A stretch of DNA of 64,000 nucleotides from Candidatus Woesearchaeota archaeon (GCA_964534185.1 CAZHOH010000004.1:17438-81437), one strand, 5' to 3'; positions 17,816 to 27,564 are shown, counted from the first letter of the stretch. Translations and numbers: made by a program. Notes: generated by a model from the sequence alone, not told the origin.

Positions 17816-19225
17816 ATGAAGGAAAAAATTAAAAAAAAGGAAAGAGGAAAAGTTGAGAAGTCTTTGAAGTATTCTATAAAAGAGGGAAGTGCGACTTCTT
17901 TTATGTCAGGAGCTGGAGAATCTTATATAGTTCCTTTTGCTCTTGCATTAAATGCTTCGAATGCGCAGATTGGTTACTTAACAAGTTTTGTTGGTTTGTT
18001 CCGTTCTTTTTCACAAATTTTTGGGAGTCGGGCAGTTTATAATGTCAGTCGTAAAAAAATTGTTTTAGTTTCTGTTTTTTCTCAGGCGCTTATTTGGGTT
18101 TTGATTTCTCTTCTTGGTTTTCTTGTTTGGAAAGGAGTTGTTAATGCTTATGCTGCGATTTTTTTAATTATTATTTATAGTATTTATGGAATTGTTGCAA
18201 GTTTTCCAGGACCTGCCTGGTTTTCATGGACGGGTGATTTAGTTCCGAATGAAAGACGGGGTGATTATTTTGCGAACAGGAATAAAATTGTAGGGATTGT
18301 TTCTATGACTGTTACACTTATTGCTGCGTTTTTTCTTGACTATAGTGAGGGTAGTGGTTTTTTACTTCTTGGGTTTATTGTATTGTTTTTGATTGCAGCT
18401 TCGGGAAGATTTGTTTCTGGTTATTATTTTACAAAACATTATGAACCAAATGCAGAGTTTAATCGAGAAGGTTATTTTACCCTTTTGCAATTTATTAAGA
18501 AAGCTCCTTTTAATAATTTCGGGACTTTTGTGATTTTTGTTGCTTTGATAAATATGGCGACGAATTTTGCTGCACCTTTTTTTGCAGTTTATATGTTGAA
18601 GGAGCTTGGATTTAATTATTTTTGGTTTATTGTTGTTGGAATTTCAGGAACTTTATTTACGATTATTGCTATGCCGATGTGGGGAAAAGTTGGTGATGCT
18701 TATGGGAACAGGACTTTATTGAAGATTGGAAGTTTTCTGATTGTTTTGCCTCCTTTTCTTTGGTTATTTGTTGACAAACCTTTGGAGATAATTTTTAGTG
18801 TGAGTGTTTTTGGGGGTTTTGGGTGGGCGGCTTTTAATCTTGCTGCTTCTAATTTTATTTATGATGCTGTTACTCCTCAAAGAAGGGCTATTTGTGTTGC
18901 TTATCATACTGTTTTTTCAGGAATTGGTGTTTTTGTTGGGGCTTTGCTTGGAGGTTTGTTTGTTGAATATGTTTCTTTAAGTTTTACAAATATTTTCTTT
19001 GCAGTGTTTTTTATTTCTAGTTTTTTGAGAGGAGTTTTTGGATTGATATTTATTCCTAGGATAAAAGAAGTTAGGAATTTTCCGAGTTTTGAAAAAAGAA
19101 TTGGGGCTTTGACTTATGCGACTCTTTTGATACCTGGGCCGTTTTATAGTTTGTTTCGTGGCGTGCGGGGGGCGTTTGGTTCTGTCGGCGAGCACGCTAA
19201 GAATGTTGTAAAGAGGAAAAGTTAG
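17816..19225 (+). CDS. MFS transporter
   Basis: ~12 TM segments; WGKVGDAYGNR MFS motif. Start moved to ATG 17816 because the track start overlaps the tRNA. Confidence 0.9.
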   Translation: MKEKIKKKERGKVEKSLKYSIKEGSATSFMSGAGESYIVPFALALNASNAQIGYLTSFVGLFRSFSQIFGSRAVYNVSRKKIVLVSVFSQALIWVLISLLGFLVWKGVVNAYAAIFLIIIYSIYGIVASFPGPAWFSWTGDLVPNERRGDYFANRNKIVGIVSMTVTLIAAFFLDYSEGSGFLLLGFIVLFLIAASGRFVSGYYFTKHYEPNAEFNREGYFTLLQFIKKAPFNNFGTFVIFVALINMATNFAAPFFAVYMLKELGFNYFWFIVVGISGTLFTIIAMPMWGKVGDAYGNRTLLKIGSFLIVLPPFLWLFVDKPLEIIFSVSVFGGFGWAAFNLAASNFIYDAVTPQRRAICVAYHTVFSGIGVFVGALLGGLFVEYVSLSFTNIFFAVFFISSFLRGVFGLIFIPRIKEVRNFPSFEKRIGALTYATLLIPGPFYSLFRGVRGAFGSVGEHAKNVVKRKS

Positions 19226-19446
19226 AGATCTCTATAATGTCTTCTTAATCTGTTTCTAAGTTTTATTCCATCTGATTCAATTTTTTCAAAAGTATCATAG
19301 CACGGAGAATAAAGAGGATGTTCTTGTAGTTCTTCTCTCTGTTTGCCTAATTTATTAGTTTGTTGTAAATCGGATTCTAGTGGATAATATTCTTGTTTTT
19401 GGATGTCGGAAGTTTTTGTTGAAGGATTTATGTGTTGAGATTTCAT
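19222..19446 (-). CDS. Hypothetical protein, last gene of orphan array
   Basis: Starts in the same TCATAAAATGAAA context as its neighbours. Confidence 0.5.
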   Translation of the reverse strand: MKSQHINPSTKTSDIQKQEYYPLESDLQQTNKLGKQREELQEHPLYSPCYDTFEKIESDGIKLRNRLRRHYRDL

Positions 19447-19465
19447 TTTATGATTTTATCTCCAG

Positions 19466-19723
19466 TCATGAAGATAGTTTGAATCTATCTGGGGGTGTGA
19501 ATTCAGAAAGAGTATCTGACGGCCACGGATCTTCAAAATTTTCTTGGAAATATTCTCTTTGTCTTTTTCGTAATTCTAAAAATTCCCCCCAAGATAATTC
19601 GCGATTTGGAATTCCATTTAATTCTAATGGAGTTTCTTGTTGTTGATAAGGTTGTTGATTAATAGAATTATATAATTCAAATAATTCTTGTGCTTGTTGT
19701 TGGGAGGCTTCATATTGTTTCAT
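19466..19723 (-). CDS. Hypothetical protein (MKQYEASQ...)
   Basis: Likely start ATG 19723, one base after the upstream stop; N-terminus paralogous to 19725..20150. Confidence 0.55.
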   Translation of the reverse strand: MKQYEASQQQAQELFELYNSINQQPYQQQETPLELNGIPNRELSWGEFLELRKRQREYFQENFEDPWPSDTLSEFTPPDRFKLSS

Positions 19724-20178
19724 TTTATGAGGTATGTAGAACTCCGCATCCCATAACATCGCCTGGGGCAAGTACTACACTATCATCAAAAAGGACGTCA
19801 TCGACGCGTTTCATTAATTTATATAAATCTTCTTCAGTTGAGTGATGATTATCTATTGCATCCTGTAGGCTTTTGACAGCACAAGTAAGAACTGGACCTC
19901 TTACTGTGAATAAATTTTCTTCAATTCTTTTGTCTATTTCCCATTCTATAAGGATACTAGTTGTATGGGGACTTATTTTGCCTTCATAAAGAGAAGGTAT
20001 CCTTCCATATACTCTCATTCTATTTATTGTTCTGAGAGCTTGATTTAATTCTTCATTCTGATAAGAAGGTTGTCTTACTGACTGATTGTATAATTTAGGA
20101 TTGTCAAACATTTTTGTTTCTTGTTTTTGGGTTGCTCTGTATTGTTTCATTTTATGATGTATGTAGAACTCCGCATCC
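19713..20178. repeat. 39-bp direct repeat (19713-19751, 20140-20178; 1 mismatch) spanning gene junctions
   Basis: tattgtttcattttatga(g/t)gtatgtagaactccgcatcc, period 427 bp. Confidence 0.9.
19725..20150 (-). CDS. Hypothetical protein, paralog ending GCGVLHTS
   Basis: Aligns with 20152..20478 over ~85 aa. Confidence 0.7.
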   Translation of the reverse strand: MKQYRATQKQETKMFDNPKLYNQSVRQPSYQNEELNQALRTINRMRVYGRIPSLYEGKISPHTTSILIEWEIDKRIEENLFTVRGPVLTCAVKSLQDAIDNHHSTEEDLYKLMKRVDDVLFDDSVVLAPGDVMGCGVLHTS

Positions 20179-20478
20179 TTGAACTTCTCCTACGGTAAGT
20201 ATTATATTTTCTCCGAATAGAATCTCATCCACGCGTTTTGCAAGGTCTTCTATTCTTGAGGAATTTTGAGGATCATTTCTAATTGTATGTTGTAATTGTT
20301 TTACGGTACTTTCAAGAACAGGTCCTTTTTCTTTAAATAATGCCTCTCTAATTGTATGATTCATTTCCCAATATGCTACAATATCTATTGTTTCTGGATG
20401 TATTTCTCCATTATACTCTTGTAATCTTTGTTTGTATTCTGATTGGGGATTAAATATTCTTGAGATTATATTGTACAT
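20152..20478 (-). CDS. Hypothetical protein, paralog ending GCGVLHTS
   Basis: Shared YxGxIxP...WE...GPVL...KRVD..LF...GCGVLHTS. Confidence 0.7.
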   Translation of the reverse strand: MYNIISRIFNPQSEYKQRLQEYNGEIHPETIDIVAYWEMNHTIREALFKEKGPVLESTVKQLQHTIRNDPQNSSRIEDLAKRVDEILFGENIILTVGEVQGCGVLHTS

Positions 20479-20559
20479 TTTTATATTAATATTTGGAGGT
20501 TTATAATATTTATTATATTAGAAGGAAAAGTTTATAATTGCTGAAAGAGTTTTTTTCAA

Positions 20560-20697
20560 ATGGTAGTTGGATGGATGATATTTGTGCTTGCGATTGTTGC
20601 GTTTATTATTGGGTGGCAGTCGCTTAGAGTTTATCGGAGAAGGAAAGAGGCGCAACTTGGACAGCAGTTTGACAAGAAAGATTTTATGTTTAATTAG
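20560..20697 (+). CDS. 45-aa single-TM microprotein
   Basis: MVVGWMIFVLAIVAFIIGWQSLRVYRRRKE...; TATA tttataa at ~20531. Confidence 0.55.
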   Translation: MVVGWMIFVLAIVAFIIGWQSLRVYRRRKEAQLGQQFDKKDFMFN

Positions 20698-20704
20698 TTT
20701 GAAA

Positions 20705-21289
20705 ATGCCTCGGGATAATTTTGTTTTTAGAAAGAATAATCAGCTTGGAAAGGCCGATAAAAGTATTCGGCAGGAGTGGGATGAGAGGATTGCTGGGTTG
20801 TGTGAGCTGATTAATTGTTTTGATAATTATTATACTACTTCGAGTTGTTCTGGGCGTGTGTTGTTGTTGTTTGATTCACGAGAGAAAAGAGATGATTTAT
20901 TTTTGAAAGTTTGGCATGATGAAATTGATTTTGAGGATTTGAAAAAGGTTTTAGGAGGGATTGATTCTTTGCAGATGATTTATTTTAAACAAGAGCCGTG
21001 TATTCTGCATGTTGCGTGCCGGAGTTTGGAGGATGCACAGAAAATGCATGATTTGGGGAAGGCGGCTGGTTGGAAGAGGTGCGGGATTATTGCAAGTGAT
21101 AAAAGGTATGTTGTTGAGCTGAATGCAAGTGAGAAATTAGAGTTCCCTGTTTTTGCTGATTTTAAGGTTTTGGTTAGTGATGAATTTTTGAAAGTTGTTG
21201 TTTCTGAGGCGAATAAGAAATTGGAGAGGAGTTGGGAGAGGATTTCTAAATTGAAAGAGTTGATTCAGCCGCTGAAAGGGCTGTCGTGA
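20705..21289 (+). CDS. taw3: tRNA wybutosine/wyosine methyltransferase TYW3/Taw3
   Basis: DKS...D.RI, YYTTSSCSGR, WH, EPCILHVACR. Start moved to ATG 20705. Confidence 0.9.
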   Translation: MPRDNFVFRKNNQLGKADKSIRQEWDERIAGLCELINCFDNYYTTSSCSGRVLLLFDSREKRDDLFLKVWHDEIDFEDLKKVLGGIDSLQMIYFKQEPCILHVACRSLEDAQKMHDLGKAAGWKRCGIIASDKRYVVELNASEKLEFPVFADFKVLVSDEFLKVVVSEANKKLERSWERISKLKELIQPLKGLS

Positions 21290-22800
21290 GAGGCCATTCC
21301 ATGAGCTTTTTTGTATACGTCGAAAATTGTAAAGCATGTTTCTGATGCAGTGTTTGCTGCTATTTTTCTTACTAGTTTTTCTCCATAACTGTCTTTTTTT
21401 ATGTTGTCTGCCGAGTTTATTTCTTTGTCTTTTTTTGAGTTTTTGCTTTTGAATAAGTCTGTGAAGCCACTGAAAAGTGCTGAAAAAGGATTTGTGTCTT
21501 CTTGATTTTGTTCTTCCTGGTTTTTTTCTTCTGGTTTTTCTTTTCCTTGCAGGTAGTGGTCTATGTCGCTTTGCAGTTCGTCTATGCTTTCTGTTGTTAT
21601 GCCTTCAATTAATTTGAATGCGTCGTTTACGTCTGAATTTTCCATTTCTTTTTTTAGTAGCTTTAGTTCATCTTCGTTTAGTGCATAAGCCTGAAAGTTT
21701 ACTGTTGCTTTTCCACCAAATAAATAGTGCTGTCCTGCTTTTTGAGGTATTCCTCTGAAATGAAAGTCTACTACAACAATTGAATAGTATTCTCTTTTTG
21801 GAATTGATAATCCGCCTGGGAGATTTGTTTTGCCTATTTCTTTTTCTACGTCTACTTTATTTTTTCCGAATAGTGCTAATTCAAGGACGATTGTGTTGAA
21901 GTTTGTTACAATTTCTGGAGATGATTCGTTTGAGAGTTTTTCATTTTCTTCTAATTTTGTTGCTGCTTTGAGATATGGTTTTACCCATCTTGAATAGAGT
22001 TTTAAACTATTGACTTGGCTTTTTAGGTAGTTTCTTTCTATGTTGAATCTTTTTTGTAGTTCTTGTTTGCTTTGTTTTGTCCATTCTTCGAATTCTATGA
22101 ATCTTGGTTTTAGGATTCTTTTTACCCTGTCGTTTAAGTCCATTTTTTCAATGTGTGAGACTGATTTTGCTGCCATGAATCCATCTCTTAGTGTTATGAA
22201 CTGGAGGTTTCCTGATGCTAGTGCGTTTATACTTCCTTGTCCTCTTTTTATGTCTACGTTGTCCATCCAGATTTGTTTTAGTGCGAGCATGCCTGCTTCT
22301 TTTCTGTCTTTGTCGCTTGATTCTAATGCTTTGTAGTGGTCGAGTCTTATTTCAAATTCTTTTAAGTCATATATGATGTTGATTATGCTTTTGATTACTG
22401 TGTTGATTGTTCCCATTGTTTCTGTTACGTTTTTCTGCATTAAGGATTTTCTCTGTCCCATTTCTGAAAAGTGTCCTGAGCCTGGGGAGGATGAGAAGTT
22501 GTCTATTAGTTTTTCGACTTTTCCGCCGAAGAAATTGTTCATCATGTCAAGTATCCAGAAGTAGATTGGTTCGAGTGTTTCTGATGAGGAGTCGTATACT
22601 ATTTTGTGTGCTCTGACTGGTTTTGCCCTTGCCTTTTCTGCAGCGTGGGTTGTTCCCTTTTCTTTTATTAGTTCTTTAAACTCTTTTAGCTTTTGAGGTG
22701 ACCCACCATAATCATGATAAAGTTTTGGATTTGTTGTTGCGATTATTTGAGCTATGCTTGCCATGTTCTTTTTTAATATATTTTGAATTATATAAAACAT
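21265..22800 (-). CDS. Conserved-looking hypothetical protein (511 aa)
   Basis: Long ORF with strand-typical composition; no motif recognised. Start may be MASIAQ. Confidence 0.7.
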   Translation of the reverse strand: MFYIIQNILKKNMASIAQIIATTNPKLYHDYGGSPQKLKEFKELIKEKGTTHAAEKARAKPVRAHKIVYDSSSETLEPIYFWILDMMNNFFGGKVEKLIDNFSSSPGSGHFSEMGQRKSLMQKNVTETMGTINTVIKSIINIIYDLKEFEIRLDHYKALESSDKDRKEAGMLALKQIWMDNVDIKRGQGSINALASGNLQFITLRDGFMAAKSVSHIEKMDLNDRVKRILKPRFIEFEEWTKQSKQELQKRFNIERNYLKSQVNSLKLYSRWVKPYLKAATKLEENEKLSNESSPEIVTNFNTIVLELALFGKNKVDVEKEIGKTNLPGGLSIPKREYYSIVVVDFHFRGIPQKAGQHYLFGGKATVNFQAYALNEDELKLLKKEMENSDVNDAFKLIEGITTESIDELQSDIDHYLQGKEKPEEKNQEEQNQEDTNPFSALFSGFTDLFKSKNSKKDKEINSADNIKKDSYGEKLVRKIAANTASETCFTIFDVYKKAHGMASHDSPFSG

Positions 22801-22829
22801 TATAAATGTTGTAATTCCACTATAAAAAT

Positions 22830-23954
22830 ATGTCGCTTACTGTGATAGTAAAACCAACTCACGATTGCAATATTTCTTGCAGACATTGTTATATTGATGA
22901 AGCTGCTGAAAGTGGGACTATGACTGAATCTACTTTGTATAATACTCTTTTTCAATCTTCACAAAATGCTAAGGATGGTTCTGTTCAGTTTATTTGGCAT
23001 GGTGGAGAACCTCTTCTTATGGGGTTAGGTTTTTATCAAAAAGTTTCGGAGATGTCTGATGAACTTAGAGCTAAAGGATATAATATTGGAAATTCTATTC
23101 AAACTAATGGAATTTTGATTACTGATGAGTGGCTTGATTTTATTGAAGAAGAAAGAGATTTTAGATTGGGGCTTAGTTTAGATGGTCCTAAAGAGATTAG
23201 CGATGCTACAAGGGTTTATTGTGATGGAACTAGTGCATTTGATGATATATTAAGAGGTATTAGAAAAGTTAAATCAAGAAAACAGGGAGATAAAGTAAGG
23301 AAGGGAGCATTTGGTGGAGGGGCTATTGTTACTTTGAACAGACATCATCTTGGAAGAATAAAAGAGACATATGATTTTTTTAAGTCTGAGGAAATAAATA
23401 TGAAAGTTAATCCCCTTGTCAATTGCGGAAGAGCCAGTTTGAATGAAGATTTGAGGATAACCCCAAAAAATTATGGAGATTCTATGGTGGAACTATTTGA
23501 TTTGTGGGTTGAAGATTATGAAACTATTGATATAGAACCTTTTACAATGATTATGGGAAATTTGTTGACAGGTAAACCTGTTGGTTGTAATTATTCAACT
23601 TCCTGTAGAGAGAATTACGTTTCTATAGGACCAAATGGAGAAGTATATCCTTGTGGGAGATTTAATGGGAATTTGGATTTTTTAATGGGGAATGTGAATG
23701 ATGAGAATGGTTTGACAAATGCTTTGAATTCTCAGGTTAGTCAAAACTTGTTTGAGATGAGACAAGAATCTTCTCTTGGTTGTGGCAATTGTGATTATAT
23801 TGCTGTTTGTAATGGGGGATGTATGCATAATGCTTTTGTTGCTGGGGATATTAGAGGTAAAGATGAATACTGTTTTGCATACAAAAAGATTTTTAACCAT
23901 GTGGCCCAATTTTTAGATGATGAGTTAAGTAAAGCGGAGGTAACAGATGACTAG
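22830..23954 (+). CDS. Radical SAM/SPASM domain protein (anSME-like), probable peptide maturase
   Basis: CNISCRHC, WHGGEPLL, QTNG, SLDG; SPASM CxxxxxC...YPC...CxxCxxxxxCxGGC...YC. Confidence 0.92.
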   Translation: MSLTVIVKPTHDCNISCRHCYIDEAAESGTMTESTLYNTLFQSSQNAKDGSVQFIWHGGEPLLMGLGFYQKVSEMSDELRAKGYNIGNSIQTNGILITDEWLDFIEEERDFRLGLSLDGPKEISDATRVYCDGTSAFDDILRGIRKVKSRKQGDKVRKGAFGGGAIVTLNRHHLGRIKETYDFFKSEEINMKVNPLVNCGRASLNEDLRITPKNYGDSMVELFDLWVEDYETIDIEPFTMIMGNLLTGKPVGCNYSTSCRENYVSIGPNGEVYPCGRFNGNLDFLMGNVNDENGLTNALNSQVSQNLFEMRQESSLGCGNCDYIAVCNGGCMHNAFVAGDIRGKDEYCFAYKKIFNHVAQFLDDELSKAEVTDD

Positions 23955-24255
23955 CTTAGTTGATTTAATGGGGAGAACTGTAGATTTAGATCTAATTGAA
24001 AATCCTCATTTGAGAAGAGCTATTCGTGAAAGACTTGGAGATTTTTTATTTTTTTATAGAGATCATACTGATCACAGCGAATATGGAGATCATACAGAAA
24101 AATATTCTGAAAAATATGGTGATTATTATGATCATACTGATAGCAATAAGCGACATGATGATGACGGCAATCCTGTGGAGGAAGTAAGAGGTCATTGGAA
24201 AAAAGACAGGAATGTTGGAGTAAGGAAGTATAGCGATGAATGGTATGATTATTAA
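23947..24255 (+). CDS. Candidate RiPP precursor with (Y/H/W)-X-(D/E) repeats
   Basis: Overlaps the rSAM stop; GGAGG RBS; core YRD-HTD-HSE-YGD-HTE-K-YSE-K-YGD-YYD-HTD. Confidence 0.72.
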   Translation: MTSLVDLMGRTVDLDLIENPHLRRAIRERLGDFLFFYRDHTDHSEYGDHTEKYSEKYGDYYDHTDSNKRHDDDGNPVEEVRGHWKKDRNVGVRKYSDEWYDY

Positions 24256-24296
24256 TTCATAGCAAATTTTAAAAGAAAAGGATTCTTTTGGGAAGT

Positions 24297-24740
24297 ATGG
24301 TTTTTGGGTTTAAGAAAAAGAGGACGATTGATTTTACAAAACTGCCTGCTGATGCACGGCGGGTCCCTGTTAAGCGGGACTTTAAGACGCAGGGAGATTT
24401 TGTTGATTTAAGTGATGAGGACATGGCTAAAGTTCAGAATGATTTGAATTCTTCTGGAGGTTCTGTTAGTTCTTCTAATGTTTCTTCTAGTTCGTCTGGC
24501 GGAGATTCTTCTGGGGGTTTTGGGTTTTTGAATTCTTTGGCTTCTTCTGGAAGTTCTTCACCGGATGTTTCAAGTTACGGGCATTCTGAAAATAGCCCGG
24601 ATGTTTTAGATATTAAGAGGAAGATGAGAGATATGACAAGCAAGATTGAAGATTCTTCGAATGAAGTTTATAGACTGACGCAGAAGATTGAACTGCTTGA
24701 AAAAAAGATTGAGAGGTTGGAAGGGGGGAGAGGATATTGA
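24297..24740 (+). CDS. Hypothetical protein with Ser/Gly-rich linker and coiled coil
   Basis: ORF; C-terminal heptads. Confidence 0.65.
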   Translation: MVFGFKKKRTIDFTKLPADARRVPVKRDFKTQGDFVDLSDEDMAKVQNDLNSSGGSVSSSNVSSSSSGGDSSGGFGFLNSLASSGSSSPDVSSYGHSENSPDVLDIKRKMRDMTSKIEDSSNEVYRLTQKIELLEKKIERLEGGRGY

Positions 24741-24774
24741 TAAGATTTATTAATGATTTTTGGTTTTAGTTTTT

Positions 24775-26439
24775 ATGAAAAAAGAATTTTCTGATGAGAT
24801 TTATGCTTATGCACTTGAAAATGCGATGCATTATGGCAAGGCAAAGGAGGGGGCTGTTTTGCCGAAGCTGTTTCAGCATGGGCTTGAGAAGGGTGAGATT
24901 AAAGATGTAATGCCTGAAATTTCTAAGGTTGTTAAAGAGGTTAATGGCTTTGATAAGGATAAGGCTGAGAAAGAGTTTGAGAAATATAAAGAGTATCTTA
25001 AAGAGAGGGTTAAGGAGGAAAAGGGTTTGAAGGAGCTTAATAATGTTAAAGGGAAGCAGGTTTTTCGGATGGCGCCTTTTCCGTCTGGGAGTCTGCATTT
25101 GGGAAATATGAAAACTTATATGCTTAATGCACTTTATGCTGAGAAATACAAAGGAAAAGTTCTTTTGGTTATTGACGACACGATTGGGAGTGAGGCAAAG
25201 CCGATTACGCCTGAGGCTTATGATTTGATTCCTGAGGCGTTTGATTTGTTAAAGGTTAAGTATTCTAAACCTGTTAAGTATAAATCTGATAGGCTTGATA
25301 TTTATTATAGATATGCTGAGAAGTTGATTAAGAAAGATAAGGCGTATGTTTGCTCTTGTAATGCTGAGGAGTTGCGTGAGAATCGGGTTAAGATGAAAGA
25401 GTGTTCGTGTCGGCAGTTTCCTGTTGAAGAGCAGATTAAAAGGTGGAAGAAGATGTTTAAGGCGCGAGAGGGAGATTATACTTTGAGGATAAAGACGTCG
25501 ATGCAGCATCCGAATCCTGCTTTTCGTGATAGGGTTATTTTTCGAATTTCTGAGAGGAAGCATGCTCGGGTTGGGAAAAAGTATAAAGTGTGGCCTTTGT
25601 TAGAGTTTTCATGGGCTATTGATGATCATTTGTTCAAAGTTACGCATGTTATTCGCGGTAAAGAGTTGATGATTGAAGGTGAGATGCAGAAGTATATCTG
25701 GGATATTTTTGGGTGGGAGCATCCTGAATTGATTTATGTTGGATTGGTTAAGATTGATGGTATTGGGGGGAAGCTGAGCAAGAGTAAGTCGCAGAAAGAG
25801 GTTAAGAGTGGGGAGTATAGTGGGTGGGATGACCCGCGGACTTGGAGTGTGCAAAGTTTGTTTCGGCGGGGGATTTTAGCTGAAAGTCTTAGAGAGTTTG
25901 TTGAGAAAATTGGTTTGAATCAGAAGGAGATAACTGTGCCTATTGATGATTTGTATGCGATTAATCGACGGAATATTGATGATAAAGCTGACAGGTATTT
26001 TTTTGTTGCAAATCCGATTAAGGTGAAAATTGAGAATGCGCCTGAGATTTTTGAAGTTAAGGCAAAGGTTCATCCTGAGCGTAAAAAGATGAAGACGTTG
26101 AAAGCTGGTAGTGAGATTTTTGTGAGTTCTAAAGACTTGGCAGAACTTGGGGGGGAAAAGGTGAGGTTGATGCATTTGTATAATATCAAACTTGGGCGGC
26201 GGGCAAAATTTGTTGATATGGAGAAGGGTTTAAAGTTGAGGAAAATTCATTGGGTTTGTGGAGGGGTTAAGGTGCGGGTGATGGGGGTTGATGGGAAATA
26301 TATTCGTGGAATTGCTGAAGATAATATTAAGAATTTGAAAAAAGGTGATGTTGTGCAGTTTGAAAGATTTGGATTTTGTCGTTTTGATAATTATGATAAA
26401 AAAGAGGAGGAGTATGAATTTTGGTATACTCATGACTGA
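24775..26439 (+). CDS. gltX: Glutamate--tRNA ligase (archaeal type)
   Basis: RMAPFPSGSLHLGN, THVIRGKE, KLSKS, GWDDPR, VQFERFGF. Confidence 0.95.
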   Translation: MKKEFSDEIYAYALENAMHYGKAKEGAVLPKLFQHGLEKGEIKDVMPEISKVVKEVNGFDKDKAEKEFEKYKEYLKERVKEEKGLKELNNVKGKQVFRMAPFPSGSLHLGNMKTYMLNALYAEKYKGKVLLVIDDTIGSEAKPITPEAYDLIPEAFDLLKVKYSKPVKYKSDRLDIYYRYAEKLIKKDKAYVCSCNAEELRENRVKMKECSCRQFPVEEQIKRWKKMFKAREGDYTLRIKTSMQHPNPAFRDRVIFRISERKHARVGKKYKVWPLLEFSWAIDDHLFKVTHVIRGKELMIEGEMQKYIWDIFGWEHPELIYVGLVKIDGIGGKLSKSKSQKEVKSGEYSGWDDPRTWSVQSLFRRGILAESLREFVEKIGLNQKEITVPIDDLYAINRRNIDDKADRYFFVANPIKVKIENAPEIFEVKAKVHPERKKMKTLKAGSEIFVSSKDLAELGGEKVRLMHLYNIKLGRRAKFVDMEKGLKLRKIHWVCGGVKVRVMGVDGKYIRGIAEDNIKNLKKGDVVQFERFGFCRFDNYDKKEEEYEFWYTHD

Positions 26440-26960
26440 TGGTTGATGTTTATGTGATTTCTGGTGGACCTGGAACTGGAAAGACTACTACTGTGAATGC
26501 TATTGAAAAAAAAGGATATAAAGTTATGAAAGAGGTTGCTCGGAAACTTGCTGGTGTGGAATTCAAGGGGAAGTCTATTAAAGAGATTGATATGAAAGTT
26601 TTTCAGTCTAAGATTTTTGATTATCAGATTAATCGGTTGAAGAAATTGAAAAGTGAGAAAGCGGTTTTTTCTGATAGGGGGTTAGGAGATACTTTGGCTT
26701 ATTCTGAATTTCATGGAGTTAAACCTGATAAAGAAGATATTTCTTTTGCTAAGTCTTTTAAGTATAAAGGAATTTTTATTCTTGATTTTTTAGATGATTA
26801 TGCTAAGGATGAGTTGAGGCAGGAGAGTGAGGCAGAGCAGAAGAAGATTCATAAGTTGATTATCAAAGAGTATAAGAAGCTTGGGTATAAAGTTGTGATT
26901 GTTCCTGTTATGGGTGTTGAGGAGAGAGTTGATTTTATTTTGTCGAGGATTAGACGTTAG
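26439..26960 (+). CDS. AAA_28/NadR-like P-loop ATPase
   Basis: ISGGPGTGKTT, EVAR, DRG..D, GY...VP...VEER. Confidence 0.85.
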   Translation: MVDVYVISGGPGTGKTTTVNAIEKKGYKVMKEVARKLAGVEFKGKSIKEIDMKVFQSKIFDYQINRLKKLKSEKAVFSDRGLGDTLAYSEFHGVKPDKEDISFAKSFKYKGIFILDFLDDYAKDELRQESEAEQKKIHKLIIKEYKKLGYKVVIVPVMGVEERVDFILSRIRR

Positions 26961-26990
26961 ATTTATAAAGAGGAGAGTTGTATTATTGTT

Positions 26991-27452
26991 ATGAAATTAA
27001 ATAACAAAAGAGGTGTTTCAGGTGTTATTGTTGCTGTTTTAATGATTCTTATTGTTATTGCAGCGATAGTGATTCTTTGGGCTGTCTTGCAACCTTTTAT
27101 CAGTTCAAGTCTTGAAGAGGGTATTGACACTACTGAATGTATCGACGTTAGTTTTGAGATGAGTGATGTGGATTATGCAAATACTCAAGGCGGGCCTGAG
27201 TCTGACATTACTTTTACTGTAACACATACTTCAGGAGATACTGAGTTTGATGGACTTAAGATACTTCTTGATGGACAAGAAAAACCTGTCGATAGTGAAA
27301 GTGTTTTTGGTTCTACAGAAGTAAAGGGTGTTGGTGAAAGTCAGGGATATACTATCTTAGACGTCGCAGATGCTTCTGGATCTGAGATACAATATGTTGC
27401 TTTGAAAGGTGACAATGTTTGTGGAATACCTGCAACTGGAACTGTACCTTAA
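26991..27452 (+). CDS. Archaeal type IV pilin-like protein
   Basis: Class III signal NKRG|VSGVIVAVLMILIVIAA; two Cys. Confidence 0.88.
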   Translation: MKLNNKRGVSGVIVAVLMILIVIAAIVILWAVLQPFISSSLEEGIDTTECIDVSFEMSDVDYANTQGGPESDITFTVTHTSGDTEFDGLKILLDGQEKPVDSESVFGSTEVKGVGESQGYTILDVADASGSEIQYVALKGDNVCGIPATGTVP

Positions 27453-27564
27453 ATTTTTTAGAATCTTTTATCTGCTTTTTCTTATTTTTTTAATTTGTTT
27501 TAGTTTTGAATCTAATAAAATTTAAAACAAATATATTTAAAAACTCGTTTTAATCTCTAATTAT

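Noticed and set aside
19724..19771. MPQAMLWDAEFYIPHK extension of ORF 19466..19771
   Set aside because: Alternate-frame overlap with the upstream gene's tail; the repeated junction places the start at 19723.
19713..20178. Diversity-generating retroelement TR/VR pair
   Set aside because: The repeat is only 39 bp with a single mismatch, and there is no reverse transcriptase in the window.
22830..23954. Calling the rSAM an anaerobic sulfatase maturase
   Set aside because: No sulfatase is nearby and a coupled repeat peptide is present; not fully excluded.
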